DNA from: Macrostomum lignano
Lineage: Eukaryota
Direction: 5' to 3'
DNA: 64,000 nt
Assembly (NCBI GenBank): GCA_002269645.1
Contig: NIVC01000554.1
Span: 48,340 to 112,339, forward strand
Below, in pieces: positions 50,205-60,939 of the stretch; the stretch's first letter is position 1, and each line of letters starts with the position of its first letter. The translations under genes and the position numbers were made by a program. The notes below the pieces were generated by a model. It did no database searches. It saw nothing but the letters and a program-made list of their open reading frames with translations, and was not told the DNA's origin.

Positions 50205-52679
50205 ATGTGAGGGTTTCCCGACAGATATTCAGACAGATATTCAAAACGATCATCTACTACTTTTAACAAAATGGACCAAACGGAACCATATTTTTGGCAG
50301 ATGTTTACGCATGTGTTTGCAATCAAATGAGCCCAAATTTGTTTTATAATATAAAAAACTTTACGAAGTGCATTGTTTCAAAGATTGCTTGGCAACACCC
50401 TGATTCAGCATCTCTTCAACGTTTTCTGAAAATGATTCAATTTTTACATCCCATAAATGTGCCCCGTATCCCAAAAAGACAATGGACTAACTCTTACGCA
50501 TGTTTCAGCTGTAAAATGCCGCATCACGCGTCTAATAAAATACTTTACTTCTTGAATTATTTTCTTTTAAAGTGTGCTTGGAGATTTGCTTTTTTGAAGG
50601 CAAGTCATGAAACAGCGCATATTTGCTGATGTCAGAACTCCATTTCGCTCTCAAATTAAATGAATTTATAGTTCCATTCTTACGCATATCCCAGCTTTAG
50701 AATGACACCATTGAAGCTGAAAAAGAAACAGTATTTCCTGAGATATTCGACTCTAAAGTGTGCTTTGCTTTTGAGTCAATAACGCTTGACGTTGTATGTC
50801 GAAATATACGCCAAGAAATTGTGACACCATTTTTTGCTTACGAAACATAAAACTTAACTCGCTCTTTTACGCACGTCCCAGCTTTAAAATGACACCTCAG
50901 GCGTCGCCAAAGACGCCACCGTTCGTGAGATATTCGACTCGAAACATTGCTCGGCGTGTACAGACATTCACCTTATAAATCAAATGTATTCCCAATCTTT
51001 GTGCACGTGCGGTGCTCCACCTGTGCTTTTCAGTCAATTCCGATGAAATTTAACTCGCTCTTTTACGCACGTCCCAGCTTTAAAATGACACCTCAGGCGT
51101 CGCCAAAGACGCCACTGTTCGTGAGATATTCGACTCGAAACATTGCTCGGCGTGTACAGACATTCACCTTGAGAAGTCAATTGCAGTCAATCTTGGCGAA
51201 ACTTTAATGAAGATATTTGATTCGAAACATTGCTCGCCGTTTAGTTCGAGCCATTATAAACTTTTGACCGAAACAGTAAATTCCATTTTTTCGATTTTTT
51301 GAATGGAGGCGAATCACCTGAATGATTGATAATTTTCGACAGTAAATATAATAATATTATTACATAACATTATAACATATTAATAATACGAGCGACAGTG
51401 TTACATCATTATTCACTGACTTCCGCTTAAATTTTGGCATACCTGCAATTAAAAGGGCTTTTAATAAATGATGCAGTTATCAGATTGCCAGCGGAAACAA
51501 GTTTTAGATGTCAATCTGGGAGCACGTTTTACAGACGGCGCTAGCAGCACTTCGGTCCCAACAGATTTTGTGGTGCCAGAAGAGGCAGGATGGACACTCA
51601 ATCTAAAGGACGAAAACAATTGTGATATGTATATTTTATTTTATATTATGTATTATTTTTCTTGCAGTCTCAAGCTTACGTTGGGTGCAGTTAACGATTA
51701 TTGTACATTTGTCAAGAAGCAAACTGCGACCGAATAGGCAGGTGAAAACACCGCATGAGTAGGCGTCCTTCTGTTGAGTGCACATTCGATTAGCCAGGTT
51801 AAAGTGCTTATAGCGAAGGTGTTCAAGATTAGGATGTGGCAGTGGACTCTCAAGTTCGGTGCCAGTCAGAAGTGCGCTATGGTACACAAGTAGTAAAAGA
51901 AACTTTAGCAATCTACTGTGAATATACTGTGCAAATTCAACAAAAATCAACTCAAATATCTCACGAACGGTGGCGTCTTTGGCGACGCCTGAGGTGTCAT
52001 TTTAAAGCTGGGACGTGCGTAAAAGAGCGAGTTAAGTTTTATGTTTCGTAAGCAAAAAATGGTGTCACAATTTCTTGGCGTATATTTCGACATACAACGT
52101 CAAGCGTTATTGACTCAAAAGCAAAGCACACTTTAGAGTCGAATATCTCAGGAAATACTGTTTCTTTTTCAGCTTCAATGGTGTCATTCTAAAGCTGGGA
52201 TGTGCGTAAGAATGGAACTATAAATTCATGTAATTTGAGAGCGAAATGGAGTTCTGACATCAGCAAATATGCGCTGTTTCATGACTTGCCTTCAAAAAAG
52301 CAAATCTCCAAACACTTTAAAAGAAAATAATTCAAGAAGTAAAGTATTTTATTAGACGCGTGATGCGGCATTTTACAGCTGAAACATGCGTAAGAGTTAG
52401 TCCACTGTCTTTTTGGGATACGGGGCACATTTATGGGATGTAAAAATTGAATCATTTTCAGAAAACGTTGAAGAGATGCTGAATCAGGGTGTTGCCAAGC
52501 AATCTTTGAAACAATGCACTTCGTAAAGTTTTTTATATTATAAAACAAATTTGGGCTCATTTGATTGCAAACACATGCGTAAACATCTGCCAAAAATATG
52601 GTTCCGTTTGGTCCATTTTGTTAAAAGTAGATGATCGTTTTGAATATCTGTCTGAATATCTGTCGGGAAACCCTCACAT
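50205..52679. mobile_element. Non-autonomous Mutator/foldback-like DNA transposon with long TIRs and a Ulp1 protease fragment
   Basis: TIRs 50205-~50937 and ~51955-52679 are nearly identical; perfect 9-bp TSD TCGCTTCGT (50196-50204 and 52680-52688); modular internal subrepeats; minus-strand QQKDAYSCGVF motif. Confidence 0.88.
51636..51950 (-). pseudogene. Ulp1/SENP-like C48 peptidase C-terminal fragment
   Basis: QQKDAYSCGVFTCLF matches the family QQxxxxxCGVF catalytic-Cys motif; the His/Asp region was not seen and the frame abuts the right TIR. Confidence 0.55.
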
Positions 52680-53547
52680 TCGCTTCGTCTCCTCGTGAAT
52701 CGTGGCTTTTAATTTCCGAATTTTAAACTTTTATCCATTTCTTCTTTCTTTTTTGGTATTTTAAACTAATAGTTATAACAAACAGTTTGACTCAAAAAAC
52801 GTTTAGAGAATTTATTTTACATTTTATAACGTTCTTTCGCTTTAAATAACAACAGCTAACCGAAAAGTGGTGATCTGGTAGTTTCCTATAATTTTCACAA
52901 TGTACAGGTGCAAATAAAAGGACTTTCATTAAAAATTGGACTTGGATAATGTATATGCGACGCAGGGCTGACTTCATGCAGTATTTTTACTTAGGTCAAA
53001 TGCTTCAAAGTGCTTCACTGGTTTCCTTGGGCTGACAGCTCTCGATCACGTCTATCAAAAGTCAGATGGCAAATGACGTGTGCAGGTAAAATGCATGTAT
53101 GAGTACCTGTATGAGTTCGGTGCAGAGCTTCCCGTTAAATAAAACAAAGATGGTGCTGATTAAGTTAGACTTCGTCTGCTAAATTGCTCAGAATTAGCTT
53201 GCAATAACTGAGGCTAAGCGGTTTTAAGTTAACCAAAACATGCACTCTACAAGGCTGCAGAATCGGTTTTCTTGTTGATGGATCTACTTTGCTAATGTAT
53301 TCGATATTCTCGCACCGAATTTGCTAAGTTGAGGTATTTCGACCTCAAAGTCCCCTTGATATTATTATGAGTAGACCCGTATGTTACGCATGCATACAAA
53401 AAGCGACTGATGTAGCATAAATATATACTATACGCAGTATTGCATGCATATGTAAGTATATCCTTGTGCAGACACTAATAAGACATAAGAGTACAGACTA
53501 TAAACAGGGGCCAATCGACGCCAACGACGCCATATAGCGCTTGCGGC

Positions 53548-53643
53548 TCCAAAATGAGTGCCTGCGGCGCTAAAATGAGTGCCTGCGGCGCTAAAATGAG
53601 TGCCTGCGGCGCTAAAATGAGTGCCTGCGGCGCTAAAATGAGT
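53548..53643. repeat. 21-bp tandem repeat AAAATGAGTGCCTGCGGCGCT, ~4.5 copies
   Basis: Direct tandem copies. Confidence 0.9.
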
Positions 53644-54949
53644 CCTATAACAACTCCAATTCCCAATATAATGTAGGAATTTTGTCATGTAGAATTCTTG
53701 GCTTTGTCCCCCCGGCCCCATGCACTATATAAAATCCATGACGACGTCCCTGCCCATAAATTTTATACATGGAGTAATTGTTGCTGCATGGTATACATAT
53801 ATATACTCAGCCACATATTGAAAAGTCACCAGCCTTTGCCCCAGTGAGCAGTGTCTTTCAACCAGGCAGCGTGTCTATCACCTGGTCAACCATTTTGATT
53901 TTATAAAATATGCTTGAAAAAGCAATGAAAACCGGGCGGAATTGCTCCTAAGTTTACTAAGGTGGCGACTTTTTACAGTTGTTGCAGAGTATATTTGTAT
54001 GGGATTACTGTAGTAGATCGCAAAAATTGATCGGATTGAGCCTACCACTTAGCTTCTTCAATTTGATTTCTATATTCCTAGTTTTTGATAGACTAAAATC
54101 CTAAAAACGTAACACGTACATGTATTTGGAGTAGTTTTAACTGGGGCATAAGCACTACTATATAGTAGTATTGAGTTAAGCCCACCTCACGCTCTACAGC
54201 GCTCACAATTACGCGCTCCATTCACAATATACAGTGCGTGTACCAGACGTTTAAAACAGTACAGTACAGTAAATTTCGTCAGAAAAAGCCCATATCCATT
54301 GAGAAGCTTTGAAGAGAATTAATGCGTTATGCACGTTAGGATGGATTACGCGATGACTCACACAGCTGCTCCTGGAATTCTAGAGTGTGAGTACAGATCT
54401 TGACCCCAATGTACATATATAGCTGGGGTGTCAGGATTAGAATTGGAAACTGAAAACTGACTGATGGGTGGCTGGAGGTCGACGGGCTCTCATGGGTCAA
54501 GAACTGCATTGGCGAGTACATACAGCTTTCTAACCCCAGCTATTTTCTGCACCCCACTCCACACCCCACCCCCAGTCCACTGTACAGGCAAAAACTCGAC
54601 TGCGTTATCGGAGTGTACACTGCAGCATGCGCGTACACTTTATGGAATTTTTATATCTAGCTATACTAACTGCACCTATACGTAGCTATAGCTATATAGT
54701 TTTAATTCCTTATTTAACAACAGCTACAAATATTCATATTTTAGCTAGAGAAACTGCTTGAGTCAACAGTAATCTACTTTAATAGATAATAATAAATAGA
54801 GAAGCTTTCTTCAGACACTATAGCAACAGGAATGTAAGTAAAATTGTTTTTTTTACTGTATTTTGAGGGGTTGCCACGCCATTTCATGTCAGGGGCTGCC
54901 CTGACATTTGAGAAGGGAGCCATTTCAGTTGATGTGAAGCACCATGTCA

Positions 54950-56722
54950 TTTCAGGAGAGGCGCCAATTCATTTTAAGAGAGGCGCCAATTCATTTCAGG
55001 AGGGGCGCCATTTCAGTTGAAGAGATGCGCCATTTCATTTGAGGAGAGGCGCCATTTCATTTGAGGAGAGGCGCCATTTCAGTTGAAGAGATGCGCCATT
55101 TCATTTGAGGAGAGGCGCCATTTCATTTGAGGAGAGGCGCCATTTCATTTGAGGAGAGGCGCCATTTTATTTGAGGAGAGGCGCCATGTCATTTGAGGAG
55201 AGGCGCCATTTCATTTGAGGAGAGGCGCCATTTTATTTGAGGAGAGGCGCCATGTCATTTGAGGAGAGGCGCCATTTCATTTGAGGAGAGGCGCCAATTC
55301 ATTTCAGGAGAGGCGCCATGTCATTTGAGGAGAGGCGCCATGTCATTTGAGGAGAGGCGCCAATTCATTTGAGGAGAGGCGCCAATTCATTTCAGGAGAG
55401 GCGCCATGTCATTTGAGGAGAGGCGCCATTTCATTTGAGGAGATGCGCCATGTCATTTGAGGAGATGCGCCATGTCATTTGAGGAGATGCGCCATGTCAT
55501 TTGAGGAGAGGCGCCAATTCATTTCAGGAGAGGCGCCATGTCATTTGAGGAGAGGCGCCAATTCATTTCAGGAGAGGCGCCATGTCATTTGAGGAGAGGC
55601 GCCATTTCATTTGAGGAGATGCGCCATGTCATTTGAGGAGATGCGCCATGTCATTTGAGGAGAGGCGCCAATTCATTTGAGGAGAGGCGCCATGTCATTT
55701 GAGGAGAGGCGCCATTTCATTTGAGGAGATGCGCCATGTCATTTGAGGAGATGCGCCATGTCATTTGAGGAGATGCGCCATGTCATTTGAGGAGATGCGC
55801 CATGTCATTTGAGGAGATGCGCCATGTCATTTGAGGAGAGGCGCAATTTCATTTGAGGAGAGGCGCAATTTCATTTGAGGAGAGGCGCCATTTCATGAGG
55901 AGAGGCGCCATTCCATGAGGAGAGGCGCGAGTCCATGATGAGAGGCGCCATTCCATTAGGAGAGGCACATTCTATTGAGGAAAAGGCGCCAGTTCATTTG
56001 AGGAGAGGCGCCATTTCAGTTGAGGAGAGGCGCCATTTCATTTGAGGAGAGGCGCCATTTCATTTGAGGAGATGCGCCATGTCATTTGAGGAGAGGCGCC
56101 ATTTCGTTTGAGGAGATGCGCCATTCCATGAGGAGAGGCGCCATTTCATTTGAGGAGATGCGCCATTCCATGAGGAGAGGCGCCATTCCATGAGGAGAGG
56201 CGCCATTCCATGAGGAGAGGCGCCATTCCATTAGGAGAGGCACATTCTATTGAGGAAAAGGCGCCAGTTCATTTGAGGAGAGGCGCCATTTCAGTTGAGG
56301 AGAGGTGCCATTTCATTTGAGGAGAGGCGCCATTTCATTTGAGGAGATGCGCCATGTCATTTGAGGAGAGGCGCCATTTCGTATGGGGAGGGGCGCAATT
56401 TCATTTGAGGAGAGGCGCCATTTCATTTGAGGAGATGCGCCATGTCATTTGAGGAGGGGCGCAATTTCATTTGAGGAGAGGCGCCATGTCATTTGAGGAG
56501 GGGCGCAATTTCATTTGAGGAGAGGCGCAATTTCATTTGAGGAGAGGCGCCATTTCATTTGAGGAGATGCGCCATTCCATGAGGAGAGGCGCCATTCCAT
56601 GAGGAGAGGCGCCAGTCCATGATGAGAGGCGCCAGTCCATGATGAGAGGCGCCATTCCATTAGGAGCGGCACATTCTATTGAGGAAAAGGCGCCAGTTCA
56701 TTTGAGGAGAGGCGCCATTTCC
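54950..56722. repeat. Minisatellite, ~22-bp unit GAGGAGAGGCGCCATTTCATTT
   Basis: About 80 degenerate copies upstream of the TRIM-like gene. Confidence 0.97.
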
Positions 56723-56886
56723 CCCGTAAGTAGTGTATGCGGCTTCAGGTATAGCCAATGGATTATTGTCAGGAGTGGCGATGTCTATGGCACAAAACGC
56801 GGTTCTTTCTCTTAACTGAAATACGCATAAGAATATTTCTTAAGCATAACGCAATTCGAATAGTCAAAACCTATAAGCATCAGAAC

Positions 56887-59335
56887 ATGAACATGCCAGC
56901 ATCCCACTCATCATCAACAGCTGCACATAAGGAGCGTCAGGACATCGTCAAGGAAGACATGACTCCCAACTGCTACTCGTCCGCTTTGACTTGCGGCGTC
57001 TGTTTAGAAGAATTTCGCGATCCAAGAGCTCTGCCCTGTCTGCACACCTTCTGTCTGGACTGCTTGGTTCGCTTGCAACAGCTTCGGGGCGGCGGCAGCG
57101 GCAGTGGCAGCGGTGGCCGTCTTGTCTGCCCGTGCTGCCGTCGGGTCTGCCAGACGCCGCCGGCGGGCCCCGAGGCGCTGCCAAGAAATTTTCACGTGGC
57201 CAGACTGCGCGAGATGCGGCCGCTGATGCAGATGGGACAGGTAAGGCTTTTGGAAAAGATTTGGCGCAAACCTCCGGCTCTTGTCATACCTGCAACTGGA
57301 ATTTCCATAGACAGTCTAGGGACTGGAATGTCCATAGACAGTCTAGGGGACTGGAATGTCCATAGACAGTCTAGGGGACTGGAATGTCCATAGACAGTCT
57401 AAAGGACTGGAATGTCCATAGACAGCTAGGAGACTGGAATGTCCATAGACAGCTAGGGGACTGGAATGTCCATTGACAGTCTAAAGGACTGGAATGTCCA
57501 TAGACAGTCTAGGGGACTGGAATGTCCATAGACAGTCTAGGGGACTGGAATGTCCATAGACAGTCTAGGGGACTACTAGAATGTCCATAGACAGCTAGGA
57601 GACTGGAATGTCCATAGACAGTCTAGGGGACTGGAATGTCCATAGACAGTCTAAAGGACTGGAATGTCCATAGACAGTCTAGGGGACTGGAATGTCCATA
57701 GACAGTCTAGGGGACTACTAGAATGTCCATAGACAGCTAGGAGACTGGAATGTCCATAGACAGCTAGGGGACTGGAATGTCCATTGACAGTGGATTAGAC
57801 GACCCTAGCTGTAGTATGTGGAGGTGGCCCAGCCAAAGGACCAGTCCAACCCCTCCACCAGGGCCTGGCCGAGGAGTTCTCGGACCGGGCCGCCAAGGAG
57901 CTCGCTCGACTGCCGGACGAGTCGCGGCTCCGCTCAGACGTTGCCGACTGTCGCCGACGCCTTGCCGAGCTTCGAGCGAGTCAGCGAGAAATCGACGGAG
58001 TCTTCGACGCCATAGAGGAGGCTGTGCGCGACGAACGCGAGGCGATTGGCGAAGCCCTGGCCGGAGCGAAGGCGCAGGTCAAGGAGAAACGGCGGCGGGC
58101 CAAGGACTGCCTGGCCAGGAGGTGTGGATGGGGGCGGATGGGGGAGGGAGGGGCGGATGGGGAAGGATCGAGAGGCGGATAGGGAAAGATCGAGGGGCGG
58201 ATAGGGAAAGATCGAGGGCGGATAGAGAAAGATCGAGGGGCGGATAGGGAAAGATCGAGGGGCGAATAGGGAAAGATCGAGGGGCGGATAGGGAAAGATC
58301 GAGAGGCGGATAGGGAAAGATCGAGGGGCGGATAGGGAAGGATCGAGGGGCGGAAAGAGAAAGATAGAGGGGCGGATGGGGAAGGATCGAGAGGCGGATA
58401 GGGAAAGATCGAGGGGCGGATAGGGACGGATCGAGAGGCGGATAGGGAAAGATCGAGGGGCGGATAGGGAAAGATCGAGGGGCGGATAGGGAAAGATCGA
58501 GGGGCGGATAGGGAAAGATCGAGGGGCGGATAGGGAAAGATCGAGGGGCGGATAGGGAAAGATCGAGGGGCGGATATGGAAGGGAGGAGCAGATTAAGTT
58601 ATTCTGGGGTAAGAAGAGAGCAGGTGGCGGAGAAGGAAACGGTGGAATGCACGATGAGGCAGTTTTTTGCTTTCATTTTTTGGAGGTTTGCGGGCAAGAT
58701 TTACGCAAAAATCATCGCGGTTGAGTAGAGCGGCAGTGAACGCGCCTGACTCTCGTGACGATCCCTGGTTCGATTCCTGAACCCCCAGATCCGTCTCCGA
58801 GCGCCTGCTAGACAGCGCCAAGAGCGATCGGCATCAAGTTGTACTCGAACTGATCGGCGAATTCCGCGAGAAATGCGCCAGCAACCGCGGCATGAACGCT
58901 GCCGGTGGTCTCGACCTGTTCGGAGCCGCCGCTGTGGACTGTTCGACGTCCTCTAGCTCGGAGTCCGCTGCTACTGCTCCTGCCAGGCCTCCAACTGAGG
59001 CTCAGGTGCTCCGCAGACTCCGCACACGGCTGCTCCAGGAGCTGTCCACGGTCAGCCAGCAGCAGCAGCAGCAACAGCAGCAGGCGCCGCCTAATCTGCA
59101 GCGAAAATGCAGTCGAAAGCGTCGAAAGCTTCGGCAGAAAAATTTTCCAAGAAAGAAAAATCAACAAACTGCCAGTTCCAGTGGTACTATTAGTAGTATT
59201 GGCAGTGGCGGTGCCACAAAGCGGCGCAAAAGAACCGAATCGACTGGCAGTTCGAGCCGGCTGTTTGACGACAGCGAAATCGATGAGTTATGCCGGGAGT
59301 ACGGACTGTCGGGCTACGTTATCTATGAAGGTTAA
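56887..59335 (+). CDS. TRIM-like RING finger / coiled-coil protein. Exons 56887-57240, ~57799-58121, 58789-59335; ~407 aa
   Basis: C3HC4 RING (CGVC...CLHTFCLDC...CPCC) followed by LPRNFHV; exon 2 is a coiled coil (frame not in the ORF track); exon 3 has polyQ and basic KRRK motifs. Exon 2 acceptor and start codon are uncertain. Confidence 0.72.
57290..57790. repeat. Intronic minisatellite, 28-bp unit GACTGGAATGTCCATAGACAGTCTAGGG
   Basis: Fills intron 1 of the TRIM-like gene. Confidence 0.95.
58130..58590. repeat. Intronic purine-rich minisatellite, 22-bp unit GATAGGGAAAGATCGAGGGGCG
   Basis: Fills intron 2 of the TRIM-like gene. Confidence 0.95.
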
Positions 59336-60052
59336 TCAGTGTTCGAAATGAAATCGAGTGTACAATTAACCTGCCATGTAAATTGCACGCTCTACGAGTG
59401 ATTGACAGATAGAAATCTATATGCACCCAAGGTGTTACTTTGATTTATATATCCATTTTTCTATTAGCTAAATTTAATTTTTAATTATCCACGAAATGAG
59501 AGAGCAAAAAATTTTAACTGTGCTACTTTTAGTAATTTAAACACGTACATGTCAATATAAATTTGCGCCAAATTTTTATTTAATTTTTTATTTTCCTTTA
59601 CTCTGTGTTAGATTTATATGCTAAGCTCTGATTGAGGCAGTTTGATATATTTAGTGAACAAAGACTTTGATCTCGGGTTTTATCTAACCCGCTTATTAAT
59701 ATATATCTTATGCAAAGATGTTGTAAGCACACAGGCTGAAACTGTAGTTTATCTTGCAAAATTTTCAGTATTTATTCACCACTTTGTCGCGTGTAATAAT
59801 CCTCAAAAAAGAAGACTCAATTGTTTATCTCCGCGCACCCACTTTTTAAGTAGTCTGCAAGTTTTTTGTATAACAGTAATCAGCGCAGATTTCCATATGA
59901 TTAGCTCGATTTTTCAGTTTTTCATCCTTTGCCGTGTCGTGAATAGCTATTAAATAATAAATAGTATCTTGCCGCTATTGAATACGCAGTGATACTACTG
60001 CTTTAAAATACTTGTGAGTAGTGTTGTTTAGTTCTGGCAATAAATTTAGTTA

Positions 60053-60355
60053 GGTTGTAGCCCAGTGGTCAGAGCGTCGGACTCACGACTGAGAGGTATT
60101 GGGTTCGATTCCCAGCCCACTGAAACAATTTGTCTCCTTGAGCAAGACACTTAACTCTGCGTTGCTTCAGTTCACCAGCTGTAAAATGGGTGCCCAGCAT
60201 TAGCTGGGGTAATTGAGGGTGTGTGTGTGACGACCCCCCCCCCCAGTCTGTGGACTGAACAGCCGTACGCAGCCTTCAGTTGCACGCGCAATAGCTGCGG
60301 CTGAGCTGTCGGTTGCGCATCTTACCATTGGGGCAGGGTGAATTCAGTTATTATA
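60053..60355 (+). mobile_element. tRNA-derived CORE-SINE, copy 1
   Basis: tRNA-like head (A box TAGCCCAGTGG, B box GGTTCGATTCC, CAC in the loop), then the CORE-like CCTTGAGCAAGACACTTAACTC...CAGCTGTAAAATGGG, ending in a TTA-rich tail. Confidence 0.8.
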
Positions 60356-60939
60356 TAATACGCTCGTAATTGTAAATAAAGTTAAAATAAAAAGATAACA
60401 CTAAAAGCAATGTTGAAAATTTTATGAAAAAAACTTCATTGGAGTAAACAATTCTCATGAGAAAGAACAGTTTTCGAACAATTCCAAATACGAGCGTATA
60501 TATTAAAATACAACAGAAAACTTCCGACGTTAACTTGAAAAAAAATTTGACCGCCCGTGCAGAAAACACTCAGAATATCCGATATTATTTACTAACAGTA
60601 GCAACAGTAGTTTTATTCTTTAAAAAAGGCAGGATAATCAAACGAGTTTTAATATGATGCATTTTTTTAACTAATCACAAGTTTCTCAAAATCAAAATTA
60701 AAGCCAAATGTAGTGTATAATCTACTTTTGTAAGAAGTAGCATAAATTCTTGTAAACGATTGGAATACAAAATATTTTTGTTACAAAAAATTGTAAAGTA
60801 CATTCAGTTCTAGATTCTCGAATGAAATCAAGTTGTGAGAATTGAACAGCTAACAGGTCTTTGAGGCTGTCAGTGCATTTTATAAGTACACAATACAGTT
60901 CCAAAACATATTCTCAAGATACTTGAGTACACAAGCTGC

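Noticed and set aside
57190-57815. Frameshift in the TRIM-like gene
   Set aside because: An AG at 57797-57798 gives an in-frame junction with the phase-0 donor, so no error needs to be invoked.
60053-60125. Functional tRNA-Val gene
   Set aside because: It continues into the CORE body without a T-run terminator and has a diverged second copy; SINE head.
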